Origin: the human T2T-CHM13v2.0 reference genome, Homo sapiens
Assembly: GCF_009914755.1 (NCBI RefSeq)
Contig: NC_060929.1
Strand: one strand, 5' to 3'
Length of the DNA stretch: 64,000 nt
Shown here: piece after piece, positions 1 to 18,309 of the stretch
Numbering within the stretch: position 1 is the first letter of the stretch
Layout: the number at the start of each line of letters is the position of its first letter
Translations under genes and position numbers: made by a program
The notes under the pieces: model-generated
Told to the model about the DNA's origin: nothing
What the model saw: the letters and a program-made list of their open reading frames with translations, nothing else
The model's database searches: none

Positions 1-155
1 CCCCTTCCCCTATATCAGGCCTGGGTCTGTCATCCTCCAGCCCCTGTCTCCCTGTACTAGAACCTGAACTTGGCACTTAACGACTCTCTTCTAGTTTCCC
101 AAATGTGCCATACCTTTGCTCGGACAATTCTTCTTTTGTTTTGGCAGGTGTTTTA

Positions 156-473
<318 letters not shown>

Positions 474-2015
474 ACGCAGTAACGCCATTAGGAATAATAT
501 TAAAACTTCCCATATCACATAACATTTTGTATTTACTTCCACTCATTTCCTTGAAAGAAATAAAATTAGAGAAAAAACTAAATTCCCCTTAACCATCTAC
601 CACCCATTTCAATCTCTTCCTTCCAAGAAACAAAGAACATTCTTCCAATTCATTTTCTTAAACTTTTACATACATGTGTATTAAAAAAAATCCATTACTG
701 GCTACATGTCTATGCAAATAGCATTTTTGTAATGTGCAATAATGAAGCCATATGCATGCCTATCATCTGAGAGGTAAGATGCAAAAGGGTAGACAGAGAG
801 GTGAGGACGTTTTCCTCCCACCGCCACATCCAGGGTCCCAGTTAGCCTTTCCAGGGACAGCCACTGCTCCAAGACCATCTATCTGTCTGGCACTTGCATT
901 TGCCTGGATTCCTAAGCCTCCTTAGAACTAACTGCCTGGTTTGTCCTGCCCCCTGTAAATTTCCTTCATCCTCAGCTGAGTCCCTCAGACCCTCCTGTGT
1001 GTCCACCCCGTGCCCTGTGCCCCTCACAGGTTTCCCTCCAGCTCCTATCATGCTGACTCAGCCCCACCCCGGCCTGGCTGGGTGAGGGGCTGATATCTGA
1101 ATGCAGTCTAGAAAGCGAGGCCTTTTCCCAGCCAGCCTGCGCACCTCCTGGGCCCTCCCATGCCTCGAACAGAGCCGCTTCTGACACTGGCTTTGAAACC
1201 CCTTTGCCAAAAGCCTTTCATTAGTCCTAGCAAATTGCTTTGCCGAGACGTTCCCAGAGTATGTCTCAAACCCAAATGGCGTATGTCTGTATTTGTGCCT
1301 TTATTAAATCTAGATCAAAGATTAGTTTAATCCAGGCAAAGTTTTTGAGCTCACCTTAGAGCAAGTAAAGAAATCATTTTTGAGAAATTTGTTTGTGCGA
1401 CCACTGCCACTATCACTCAGGAACAAACAGGCAGATTTCTGTAGGGAGTGTATGGGAAGTCTTTGCTGGAGGCAGGACTTCTGGTGTGAAAGTACCTAGG
1501 AGAACTTGTGAGGGTAGACCCCGACCCCTGACCCCAGCCTCCCAAGTTGTTTTGAATCTTAAGAGAGAGAGAAAGAAAAATATTGATTTTCTACTTTAGT
1601 TCCCAAAGAGAAAAGAATATACTATGATATTAGATTTTCTAGAGCATAACTTTTTAGTATTGCCAAGTTATTCCTTTGTTAATGAAAATTGTTACTCAAT
1701 TTGGTGCAGCAAACTTTTAATGAGCATTTACTATGTGCCAGACACTGTGACAGATTTTTTCATCTAGTCCCCCTAATTATTATTATTGCTAGAAACCGAC
1801 TGTTATAGTCAGTGGAGTCTAGACCAATCACTTCTTGTCTGTGACTGTTCACTTCCTCACCCAGGGATAAAGAGTGAAGGGCGTCACTTAATTGGTCCAA
1901 CCCAGCCTTGTTCTCCCTACTGGTAATGGCTCCTTAACTTTTCCTTCTGGACACTCTCTTGCCCATCCGCAGTTATATGGTTTGGGTTTTAAGGATGCCC
2001 TGGCCCATCCAATTA

Positions 2016-2891
<876 letters not shown>

Positions 2892-3065
2892 CATTCCCTT
2901 GGCCATGGAGATTGGCTCAGCTTATGGACACAGAAGGTCTGAGGCAGCCAAGAGGGAAACCAAGCCCTGGAGACGGTTGTGCCTGAAGCCAGACCTTTGT
3001 CTGTAACCAGATCTTTGCCTGTACTTTTTAATTATGGTCCCCAATATATTCTGTCTTTTTTCCTA

Positions 3066-3563
<498 letters not shown>

Positions 3564-3656
3564 TCAACTCTTCAAATCTTCTGTTTTTTAGCAGTGTAAT
3601 TTTGGGTGAGTTACTAAATCTTTTGGTACCTTTACTGCTTCATCAGTAAAATATCA

Positions 3657-4027
<371 letters not shown>

Positions 4028-5518
4028 TTATTACAAATTTATTACACAGGGTAAATATTTCAATATCTGTTGGCACTCATTATAATCACTGGAGGTAAGA
4101 AGTCAAGCCCTTCTCCTGAAAGCTACAATGCCACAATGTCTCACGTTGGGCCAACCCAGGTAGAATGAACCCATCCCCATTTACTTTGTTCCTGAGTGTT
4201 CAACAGACATTCCTTCCTCTGAGCAGTTAATCATGACAATCACCTGGTGAGTGATGAAAGTATCTGTTACCTTTTGTTGCCTTTGAAAGTCTTGCTCCAG
4301 AGATCCCAATCCCCTAAGATCACTTTCATTTTGCAAATGTTACTTCTCTGAGACATGCGTTTCACATTCTCTTTTTCAACAAGGGGTACCTCATTTAAAA
4401 TCCATTTGATGAGTTATTGAAGAAGACAAATATATTTTATAATCCCTTTCTAATGAAAAATAAATAAAATAAAATAAAATGGAAGAAATAACCTCTCTGA
4501 GCGGCTGCCTTAAGGCATCTAATCCTCACTGTCAGCTCCCAGAGAGATCAACTTTGAATGTTGGATTCAGAACCACGTTCTTAGCTTGATCCCCCTTAAC
4601 CTTCTGGACCCTGGAGAGACCTCGTGGTGCAAGTAAGAAAAGACAGACACTCTAACAGGGATGGAGATTGTTGGTGAAAAAGAGGGCCAAAGTTCAGCCT
4701 TTGTATACATCAAGGTGATGGACAAACAGCCCCAAGACCTCCAAGCCATTCTAAACAAACAGCCCAGGTGGTAATCTAACCTCTCTTGGACTGGAGTTCA
4801 TGCATGGGTCGACCATTTCTGCTGGTCCCCAATGTCACCGTGGAAGACCTTTATGAAATGTGAGCCGACACAGTCATACATTGCTCTTGTGAAGGTCTGC
4901 CTCTGGCTCACCCTTAGAAATTAACTCACACAGAAATGACTGAGTCAGCTTTTGGGTTCATCCCTGGAGAAAGGAGCCTGGAGTTTGAGGGTAGTCCACA
5001 AATAGGAAGTGGTGGAGGGCAGGAGAGGAGGGAGTGGAGCAATTATCTGGTGAATCTGATTAATGTAGACAGCTGGGGGCAGAAACTTGACCTCTTTGCC
5101 TATTGAGTAGCGAGGACACAGTGAGTGTGAAACGGACATCACACCTGGATACCTTATAGTGTGTTTCTTCCAAAGGACTCAGAAAGATTCTTTTCCCTTC
5201 TACAATTTCATGGCGTGCACACAGTGGCGTCACCATTCTTATTATTATGACTGAGAAACGTCCATGTCCCCAGTCCTGGGCTGGGCAATTTGCACACATC
5301 ATTTCAAAACCTCTTCCGAGCTCAATGGGTAGGGAGGGACCGTTTTCTGCAGTCTCTGAATGAGGAAACTGAGGCCAACACACATTCTGAGTTAGTATCA
5401 AGCTAGTAATAAAACACAGGTCTACTTTTTTAAAAATTTTTACATCGTGTTTTACTTTTTAAAAATAATACATACATAATTTTTAAAGTACAAGAGTACA
5501 TCTCCCTCTCACTCCTAA

Positions 5519-5936
<418 letters not shown>

Positions 5937-6393
5937 TGATCCACTTCTGGCATTTTCAGAAATGTGTTATTACGGAAACATGCCAAACATATACAGAAAC
6001 AGATGAAATAGTAAAATAAATTCCCATCTATCCATCACTCAGCTTTGACAAACGTTTGTTCTCGTATTTACTCTTGCCTCCACCTTACTTCCTACCCACC
6101 CCACCCTGCTCTGGACTTTTTTGAAGCAAGTATCAGATATCATACTATTTTAACTGTAAATAGATCAGGTTATATCTCTGAAAGATAAAGATCCCATTTA
6201 CAGTATACACACAATACTATTATCATACCTTTAAAAAAGCAGAACCTCCTTAATATGTCTTGGAGACAAGGATGGAGCTCACGTGCCCACATAAAGCTAC
6301 CTCGTTCATATGAATGCCACACCTGATCAGGTCCCTGCCAATCAGCATTCAGATTGCGGCCAGTTTTTTGCCACTGGTGAGCCATATGACATT

Positions 6394-6684
6394 GGCTGGG
6401 CACGGTGGTTCACGCCTGTAATCCTAGCACTTTGGGAGGCCGAGGTGGGTAGATCACCTGAGGTCAGGTGTCCTAGAGAAGCCTGGCCAACATGGCGAAA
6501 CCCTGTCTCTACTAAAAATACAAAAATTAGCGGAAGTGGTGGTGGGTGCCTGTAGTCCCAGCTACTTAGGAGGCTGAGGCAGGGGAATAGCTTGAACTTG
6601 GGGGGCAAGGGTTGCAGTGAGCCAAGGTCGTGCCACTTCCTTCCAACCTGAGTGAAAGAACAAGACTCTATCTCAAAAAAAAAA
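6394..6684 (+). mobile_element. Alu (AluS-like)
   Basis: Full dimer with poly(A). Confidence 0.9.
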
Positions 6685-6929
6685 ATCAATATTTGATTAT
6701 TTTTGACCTACAAAAATAACAATTTCATATGGTTCCATGTAATACAGGCAATGTTGCAGTGAGTACCCATGTACATATCCTATAAGAGTTGGGTTATAAG
6801 AGAAATGGCTGGAACTGGCATATCTTTAGCAGGATACTAGCTTTCCTACTAAGAATTTGGATCACCAAGGAACAAAACAAAACAAAATTCTCAGGGCTTT
6901 TAGCATTGAACTAATCTATCTTTCTGCTT

Positions 6930-7400
6930 CCAAACACTCTCCGTGTACACCCAATCTGTCTGCTAATGTGATCATTTCCACAATGTCCGTCTGATTGTGT
7001 CATTTTCCTGCTTGAAGCCTTCCAAGACTCCCCATTGTCCTTAGAATACAAATTTAATCTTAACCTGGCATTCAAGGACATTTACAACCTCATCCAACCT
7101 GTTTTTCTATCCTAACCCTGCCACTTCCCTATATTTCAGTCATACCAACTGACTTACCATTATCCAAATAAGCAAATCCTACTATAAAATTGTTGTGCCT
7201 TTGCCCAGGCTATGCCCTTACTCTCTGGCTGGAGAACTCCTATTCATCCTTCAAGACCCAATTCCACTGTGCCCTCATCTATGAAACCTTCAGAGCCTTC
7301 CAGATAGAGTCAGGAATTCTCTCCTCTGTTCAAGAGATGATTCTACATTAGGTTTTAAGTTTGTATGTCTGTGGTATCCACTAAAGCATTGATCTCTCTC
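6930..7400 (+). mobile_element. L2 fragment
   Basis: Similar to L2 3' consensus (CTTCCAAGACTCCCCATTG..., CTCCTATTCATCCTTCAAGACCCA). Confidence 0.65.
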
Positions 7401-7534
7401 CTGAACAGCACATCCTACACTCAATAATTTTACTAGGTATGTGATAGATATCTACATGTCAATATCTAAAGAATTTTGTGGCTTGGATTTAAAGAGAAAA
7501 TGGTTGAAATATCATTGAACTGCTTCTTTTCACG

Positions 7535-7728
7535 CAAGCTTGTCTAACTCGCTTTATTTTGTTGTTCCGTTTCATTTTGTTCTAGGCTTTTAGCAGCCTG
7601 AAGCCATGGTTTTTAGTTTTTGTCTCTAGTGATAAGCCAAAAAGAGGGATGAGGAAGGGGCTTTACTGGCTCAGGCAGAAATAGAAACTAAGAACCCATG
7701 ACTGTATTCTCTCTCTTGGACACCCCTG
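7535..7728 (-). mobile_element. Non-autonomous hAT-Charlie MITE (MER107/MER30-like)
   Basis: Ends CAAGCTTGTCTAAC...TTGGACACCCCTG are typical of MER30-family termini. Confidence 0.7.
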
Positions 7729-7958
7729 GGAGTCAGTGGGTTATTAAAAAGATCCTCATTCTCTGAGGATTAGCTCCTATGCTGTGCCCATCTCGATACT
7801 TCACCCATCAGAGGGGTACCAAACAGGGCCAGGAAGGGGCTCACCAGTAAGTTTTTGGAGTTTGGAATTTGCTGAGTTTTGTTTTACTAGCTCAGTTGGC
7901 TTTTTGTGCCTTTCGTAATTCTCTGCTCTATATCTCTCTCTGGTAATCAAATCCCTAA

Positions 7959-8300
<342 letters not shown>

Positions 8301-8758
8301 CTTTTTCCTTATTTTTAAAAATACAATATAATATTTGTTAATAGAAAAAAATGCTACTGATGACCAACAAGAGGAGACTAAAAAAATTGTGACATATCCA
8401 CGCAATGGAATACAATGTAGCCATTAAAAAGAATAAGGCCACGTGACATTGCACATAAGTGCATACAGTATGATTCTGTTGTGTCTTTAAAAAGATACAC
8501 ACATATATAATATATATATTTTTATTATGCTCTGAATTTTTTGAAGATCACCTACAAACTATTAAGTATATGTGGCCTGAAGAATAGGGATAGTGATTGG
8601 GAAAAGTAAAAAATATCATTTTTCATTTATGGTCTTTGGGTATATATTTTGAATACAGAGTAAAAACACAATATATTTACTGTATAAACTTTTGAAAACA
8701 TGAAAAATAAAAAGATGATAAAAATCTCTTGCAATCTCACCACTGACTGCCACTGTAA

Positions 8759-9054
<296 letters not shown>

Positions 9055-10628
9055 TGCCACTGTTAATATTTTAATAAATATCTTTGCAGGCTCTTTTTCT
9101 GGTTTACTTATTTAACTGAAATAGTGAGCTTGGTCTTTGTAACTTGTGTTTTCCAATTATAACTAGCTCTAGCACATCTTCCTCTGTCACTGTGTATTCT
9201 TCCAGGCATTATTTTTGTAGGCTGCTAACGATTCATAGTTGTTTTACTCCCTTCCTCCCAACCACGCTTCTGGTCTTCATTCCTTCCAGTATCTGTTATA
9301 ATCTCTGAGTTTAGCTGCAGAAGGTACAGCTGGCTGAAACACAAGGATGCTACTTCTAATCAGAAGTGTGTGCCTGACATGCTCACACACACATGGACAC
9401 ATGCTCCCAAACTCCTCCATGAACAGAAGGCTCAGTACACATCCTTCCTGTTTCCTAAGGACCATGCTCCTAAGCAGTGGATGCTTATGAAATGTTGTAT
9501 TTCAGAAATCTCAGAGAGCTGATGGAATTTTGCAGACTGGATGGGCCATGGGGCTTATGGACAATGTTCACCAAAAGTCAAACAAACAAACAAAACCAAG
9601 GGGAATCCTAAAAAGTGAGGCATTCAGTCCACAAAAACAGAGAGTCCCTCCTGCACTGCTATTCAAAACCCAGTGGCCCAGAAGAGGGGTCCTTGTCTTT
9701 CAAAGGGAGCTTCACCTCAGCAGCTTTCTGAATGCCTTTACAGGTCTTCTCTAGAGGTCTTCTGAATGCCTTTGGGTTAGCATTTCTTTCTGCAGGTCTC
9801 TGGAAGATCTTAGCTTCAGAAACTATGGGAGGAGGGGTCAGAAGAAAGAAAAATGAGACGGGAGAGATTACCTGGGTGACAGCCCTTTCCAAGCCTGCTG
9901 CTAGGGGTGAATGAGCTAATAAAAGGGTTCACGTCTTAATGGGGCAAACCCACAGCAAACAACAAGTCACATGCTCCACAGCAAATAGCAAGTCACATGA
10001 TGAAAGACACAGGCCTGAGGGTCTGGGGAGCAGGCCCTTCTCACAGGATCTGCAAGTTCTTCTGGTTGAGTCTGGAATGTAAGTACGTTGATCCCATACC
10101 TTCGTCCCTTAGCCTCCCAAACCAGGCATCCAAGAAACCTTCCAGCAACCCATTCTCCTTAAGAATAAGTTAGGGCTACACTGAAACCTGTGCCCTAACA
10201 CACATAGAGTCAATGCTTTGGGGTCTAGGCATATATCCTGATTTGTTGTTGTAAATACAGAAAGCTCAGGGATTTGTTACAGTCATTCACTCATCGTTGG
10301 CCCCCTGCTGCTACTGGCCGCCTGGCTGCTTGTCACATTTACTGAACACCTATTGTATGCCCAGCACTTGCATTTACCTGGTGCAATAAGTCTTTATTGA
10401 CTGTCTACTGCATTCCTAGCCTCTAATAGCCAAGCAGAAATACTAGTTAATGGGCACCTACTGAATGCCTAGAATTAGGATATGTCAACCGATGAAAAAA
10501 GGCTGTATCAAGTGCTTACTATACACCAGGCAATTGCTGATGAAACTGAGTGCTCTCATTCCACACTGCCCAGACTGACCACAGCGATGTGAAAATAATG
10601 ATAGTGATAACCAGTCCTCACTCTGAGG

Positions 10629-10822
10629 CAGTTTTTCACTTTGGAGCTGGTTTAGTGGACCATCAGCATCAGAATCACCTGGGTTATTTGTTAAAAATAC
10701 AGATTTTTAAAGCCCACTACAGTTCTGCTAACTCAGAATCTCGTGGGCATGAGCCCAGGCATCTCACAATTAAACAAGCTCCCTGGGTAAATCTTAAGCA
10801 CAATGAAGCCTGAGAATCAGTG
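10629..10822. mobile_element. MER5A/B-like hAT DNA transposon relic
   Basis: GCATCAGAATCACCTGGG...TTGTTAAAAATACAGATT...TGAGAATCAGTG pattern. Confidence 0.75.
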
Positions 10823-11204
10823 TTTTGGGGTCTGGGGCGTATCCCATGATTCAATGTACTAAGTGCAGAGAGGTCAGGGAGTCAATACAGTCATTCACTC
10901 ATCTTTGGGCTCAGTGATCCTCCTGAAGAAAGGGAATCTGAGATCTCAGCTGACTGGTGGGGAAGGTCAATGACTGATAATCACCAAAAGAGGAAACACC
11001 AGTGACCAACTAGCATACAAGAAAAGTATCAATGCCTCAGACACCAAAGAATATACCTGGAAAGAAAAGATCATTTCTGCCTACCCAAATACCAAGCTTT
11101 TAAAAAAATAAAACCTGGCACTGGCTGTGGGATAAAACTGAACTTGTGTGCTATTGCTGGTGTCCTACAGTGATACAAATGTTTTGGAGTACAAGTTGGT
11201 ATTA

Positions 11205-11533
<329 letters not shown>

Positions 11534-11699
11534 CTATAGCATAATAATTCCATTTTTGGGACTCTATCTTGAGGAAATCACATTAATCACAAGCAAAAAA
11601 AAAAAAAACCCACCTTTCTGAATGATGGAAATCATTACAAAGTTATTTGTAATGTTGAAAAATAGACAACAGGAAGGAACAGTTAATAAATCCATGGAG

Positions 11700-11990
11700 G
11701 GGTCAGGCATGGTGGCTCACACTTGTAATCTCAGTGCTTCGGGAGGCCGAGGTGGAAGGATTGCTTGAGGTCAGGAATTAGAGATCAGCCTGGACAACAT
11801 AGTGAGATCACCGTCTCTACCAAAAATTTAAAAATAAAAATGAGCCAGGCATGGTAGCACACTCCTGTAGTCACAGCTACTCCAGGGGTTAAAGCGGGAG
11901 GATTGCTGGAGCCCAAGAGTTCCAAGCTGTAGTGAGCTATGATGGTGCCACTGTACTCTGTCTGGAAAATCTAAATATAAATAGATAAAT
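11700..11990 (+). mobile_element. Alu (AluJ-like)
   Basis: Diverged dimer; TSD AATAAATCCATGG on both sides. Confidence 0.88.
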
Positions 11991-12225
11991 AAATCCATGG
12001 GGCTTGCTCGGTATGGTACCTTAGAATAACATTGACAGGTAGCTTATAAACGTGTGGAAATTGCTTATGTTATGGTGTGATCCCATAGCAAGAAAGAACA
12101 CACTCAGGTAAGATTAGAAGGAAATCTATTAAACTTTAGCTGTAGTTGTTTTTGGAGAGCAGTGTTGAAGTGATTTTTTCTTTCTACTTTTCTGCTTGTT
12201 AAAGAGCATATACTATATTTTAATA

Positions 12226-12517
<292 letters not shown>

Positions 12518-12901
12518 TAATAATTTTTTTTAAAACTAGCAAACAAATAAAAACATGCAAGCAAGTATGTTTATTAAAGAATGAAAAGCAACATCAGACC
12601 TGGCCACAATGATAGTTATTTGAAGTCCAGCTCCAAAATGCAGTGCTACTGGCTCCCCGGAGAAAAGATGAGCTTGCTATAGGAAGCTTGGGTGACTCAG
12701 TCCCTTTCTGTATTGTCTGTCCAAGGCCTAACATGCTCACAGCAACTTCTACCAAGTTATCAGAACCAGCAGCAAATTCATCTATATGTTTACAAATTTA
12801 GGGGAGAGAGATTTTTATCACTTCATCAACTAACACCGTTTCAGTTCCCTTCTACATGTTTCTCTCCAATGATAGACGTAATATTTACTAGAAGGCTATT
12901 A

Positions 12902-13210
<309 letters not shown>

Positions 13211-13220
13211 CTATTATAAC

Positions 13221-13526
13221 GGCCAGGCGCAGTGGCTCATGCCTGTAATCCCAGCACTTTGGGAAGCCGAGGTGGGCAGATCATGAAGTCAGGAGATTGA
13301 GACCATCCTGGCTAACACCGTGAAACCCCGTCTCTACTAAAAATACAAAAAACATTAGCCAGGCGTGGTGGTGTGCGCCTGTAGTTCCAGCTACTCAGGA
13401 GGCTGAGACAGGAGAATCGCTTGAACCCAGGAGGCAGAGGTTGCAGTGAGCCCGAGATCGTGCCACTGCACTCCAGCCTGGGCGACAGAGCAAGAGTCCA
13501 TCTCAAAAAAAAGAAAAAAGAAAAAA
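13221..13526 (+). mobile_element. Alu (AluSc-like), tandem to previous Alu
   Basis: Full dimer followed by GGCTATTAT. Confidence 0.93.
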
Positions 13527-14555
13527 GGCTATTATGTGCCAGTTAGCTTCCAATTGACCTCCAAGATTGATATTTTAAAAATAAATTTTATACTGGTATA
13601 CATTACATACAATAAAATGAACTCATTTTAAGGGTAAAGTTTGATGACTTTTGATAAATGTGTACAGCAGTGGAAGCAGCAATATCATCAAGGTATAGAA
13701 CACTTCCACGTTTCCATGACCCCAGAATGATCCTTTGTGCCCCTTCTCAGTCAATTCCTGTCCTTCCCACACAAAAAGCAATCATGTGCTGATTTATTTC
13801 ACCATAGGTTAGTTTTGCCTGTTTTTTTAACTTTAATGAATAGGATCGCGCACTGTGTACTCTTTTTTTTTTTATTTTGCTCAATATTATGTTGTTACAT
13901 GTTGGATTTTGTTTGCTCCCATTACTGTATAGTATTTCAATGTATGAATTATACAACAATTTATTTAGGCATTCTACTGCAACTTTCATGGGGCTCATTT
14001 CAAGTTCAGAACTATTAAGGAGGGTGCTGATTTCAACATTCTCAGTTATTCAGTGGAATATTATTCAGCCTTAAAAAAGGAAGGAAATCCTGCCTTCTGC
14101 AACGACACAGACAAACCTGGAGAACATTCAGTGAGGTAAGCCAGTCATAATAGAATGACAAATACAGCAGATTCCACTTACCTGAGGTATCTAAAATAGA
14201 CTCAGGGAAACAGAGTAGAATGGGGGTTGCCAGAAGCTGGAGGGAGGCTGCAATTCAGTGAGTATAAAATTTCAGTTATGAAAAATGGATAGGTTCTAGA
14301 GATCTGCTATACAACACTGTGTCTATATTTAACAATAAAATAAAAAGTTTTTTTTTTTTAAAAAAAAGTAGAAACAAACCAGATGGCCATCCACTGATGA
14401 AGGAATAAATTAAATGTGGTATATACATGCAAATGACATATTATTCAGCAATAAGAAGGAGGGTAGGAGTCAAACATGCTGAAATATGGATAAACCTTGA
14501 AAACATTATGCAAGGTGAAAGAAGCCAGTCCCAAAAGACTACCTACTGTACAGTT

Positions 14556-14557
<2 letters not shown>

Positions 14558-14611
<54 letters not shown>
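14558..14611. repeat. (AT)27 microsatellite
   Basis: Perfect AT run. Confidence 0.97.
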
Positions 14612-14613
<2 letters not shown>

Positions 14614-15094
14614 AAAGTCCAGATTGGGCAAAGCTGAGGAGACAGAAAGTCGATTAGTGATTGCTTAGGGCTGAGGCAGGGTTGGGTATGAGGGAATGGA
14701 GAATGACGGCTTATGGGTAAAGGATTTCTTTTGGGGGTTATAAAAATGTTCTAAAATCGATTATGGTGATAGCTTCACAACTCTGTAAATATATTAAAAG
14801 CCTAATGGTATACTTTAACTGGGTGAATTGTATTATGTGTGAATTAAATCTCCATAAAGTTGCTTTTAAAATACAAAAAACAAAATTGTTGTCTATGTCT
14901 TTGGTGGTTATACGGACTCAGCTTTCCTGGATATATATCCAGAAATGGGATTGTCTGTCATAAGCTACCCAAGTGTTTAGTGTTAGTAGATACTGTCAAA
15001 CAGTTTTCCAGATCCAGGACAGTTTCACCAATTCACAGTCCCCCAGTGATACGAGAGAGTTCCAGTCGCTCCCCATTGTCATCTGTCTTTTTCA

Positions 15095-15520
<426 letters not shown>

Positions 15521-15889
15521 TCAGTCATGAGGATAATGTGCCTGATAATGTTTTTAACATCATTTTATTGAGGTATAATTCATGCACATAAAATGTACAA
15601 TTCTTAAGTATATAGCTCAGTGAATTTGTACACACAAAAAAATGAAGAGACCATCACCCAGACAAACATAGTAATCAACATTGTAGAAAGTTCCCTTAGG
15701 TTCTTTTCAAACCACTCCCCAAGAGATAACCACCGGTCTCATTTTTTCACCATACATTCATTTTGCCTGTAACAGAACTTCACATAAATAAAATCACACA
15801 GTATGTCTTGTATGTGTGGCATTTATTTGCTCATCATCATGTTTTTGAGATTCATTTTTCCTCTACCTTGTTCTTTTTTATTACTGCTA

Positions 15890-16196
15890 CTTTATTATTA
15901 TTATTTTTTTTTTGAGACGGAGTCTCGCTCCGTCACCCAGGCTGGAGTGCAGTGGCGCAATCTCGGCTCACTGCAACCTCTGCCTCCGGGTTCAAGCAAT
16001 TCTCCTACCTCAGCCTCCCGAGTAGCTGGGATTACAGGCATGCGCCACCACCCCCGGCTAATTTTTGTATTTTTAGTAGGAACAGGGTTTCACCATGTTG
16101 GCCAAGCTGGTCTCGAACTCCTGACCTCAGGTGATCGGCCTGCCTGGGCCTCCCAAAGTTCTGGGATTACAGGTGTGAGTCACCACGCCCCACTGG
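15890..16196 (-). mobile_element. Alu (AluSx-like)
   Basis: Antisense dimer with (TTA)n tail. Confidence 0.92.
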
Positions 16197-18309
16197 CTAC
16201 TTTATTATTTTTTATTACTGAGTACGATCCCATTCTGTGAGTATACCATAATTTATTCATTTAGACATCTGCATTCTTTCCAATTTGGAGCTATTATGAC
16301 TGCTGTCAATATAACTTGTATATTGTATATATATAGCTGTATATAACAGCTATAAAACTGCTGTCAATATTCTTGTAGAAGTTTTTATTTTTCTTTTTCT
16401 TGAGTAAATACCTAAGAGTAGGATTGCTAGGTCACTTAATAAGTACACATTTAATTTTAGTATTAAAAACTGCCAAACTGTTTTTCTAAGTGGTTGTACA
16501 TTTTACATTTCATATTGGCAGGTGTGAGCTCTGGTTGCTTCATGTCTGGGCCAACATAGATGTTGGCAGTCTTTTTGATTTTAGCCATTCTTATTACTGT
16601 ATGGTGGTATCTCATTGTGGTTTTAATTTGCAAATGACAGTGACTAATCAGGTTGAGTATCTTTTCATGTGCTTATTGGCCATTTGCACATTTGCATAAC
16701 TTCTTTAGTGAAGTGACCAAATCTGCTCATTTGTTAACTGGGTTGTTTGCTTTCTTATTATTGAGTTGAAGAGGTTTTTTTTTTTTTTCAATTCTGATTG
16801 CAAATCCTGTGTCAAATGTACACATTGTGAATATTTTCTTTCAGTCTCTAGCTGCCTTTTTATTTTCTTAACAGGGTCTTTTGACAAAGGTTTCTATTGT
16901 TTTTTGTTTTGTTTTTTAAGAAAAGCTTATGGGTTTTGCTTTTTTTTTTCACCTGCTCCTGCACAGGTGAAAATATATATGTGTGTATTTTTTTACAATA
17001 TCGATATATTTAACTTTCTATTTTACAGATGAGAAAAGTGAGGCCCAGAGAGTGCAAATGCGCTGCCCAAATCCGTATACCCAGTAAACAGCAGAGCCAG
17101 GACTCAGTTCCACAACTTCAAAGCCCAACACTCTGTCCAGCTGCAAATTTTGTTTCCAATCAGACCCAGAAAACCAAGGGCAATTGCACAAGATCGTTTG
17201 TAGTAAACCTGTTATTTAAGAGGAACGAAGACTGAGCCTCAGGGTCTAGGAGTAACTTATAGGGGCTTCTTGTACTTATGGATAGAAAATACATGGATAA
17301 ATAGAGATATTAAAGGAAGGGATGCCCTCCCCTCCCGAAAGAAATAAAAATGTGATCACTCTCGGCACCGTAGTCTCTGATGAGAACATTTAATCAATTA
17401 GCATTGCCGTTGCCAAAACTTGCTTCCCACCGAGCCCAAAAGCCGCCGGCGGCACATCCCAGCGGCCTCCCTCCTCCCGGGCTGGGATTCGCCTCTGCAA
17501 GAAACGTCATGTTTTCTCTCCCAGACATCGTTCCGGGAGCCCCAGATGTAAAATCAGAGGTCTCTTATCTGGCATTATTGATCTCTGTGCTAATAAAATG
17601 TCAGTCCCCAAGGGAAAACTTAAAAAAAGAATCGTGCTGTCATCTCTGTTCCTGCGGGGACAGGCACCCATTTGTCGGCTCACTTCATTGCTCCGTCGGC
17701 CGGGCTACTATTTCAGGGCTCCCTGGAAGAGTAAGTCCCTGAAATGGGCAGGGACACGCTTTCTATTTCCCCTTTCACAGGGGCTCTCTGGAATTCAAGG
17801 ATGAACGAATGGGAAGAAATCAACAGGTATGCAGCACTAACCAAATGCTGGGCACTTTACCCACACCACATACCCCGAAATCCTCCTGGAATCCAGGCAC
17901 GGAGGGTCACCACGTCCGTTTTATTGATGAAGAAACTGAGGCTAACATTTGTGAATCATTTGATACTAAGGACTCGGCAGTGTCCCATTTATTCCTCATG
18001 ACAAGCCACATTTTACACAGGAAGAAGCTGAGGCTCAGAGAGGTGAAGTGATATCCCCAGAGTCTCACAGCTGGCAAATGAAAGGGCTGATGCTGGAACC
18101 CGAAGCCGCTCCTAGCCATCTCGATGCTGAGCATGCGCTGTTTGTTATCCCCCAGTCACAGGCACTGAGGCTCGCACTGAGCCTATATTACTGGGTCCAG
18201 ATGCTCCCCCAGCCTCCTTTGGTTCTGAACCTGCCCTCCCAGCCTTAGCAACTGTGTTCTCTTAGAGTCCAAGTCGAGCCAAAGGAGACATGTTGCATTT
18301 TGATGCCCC

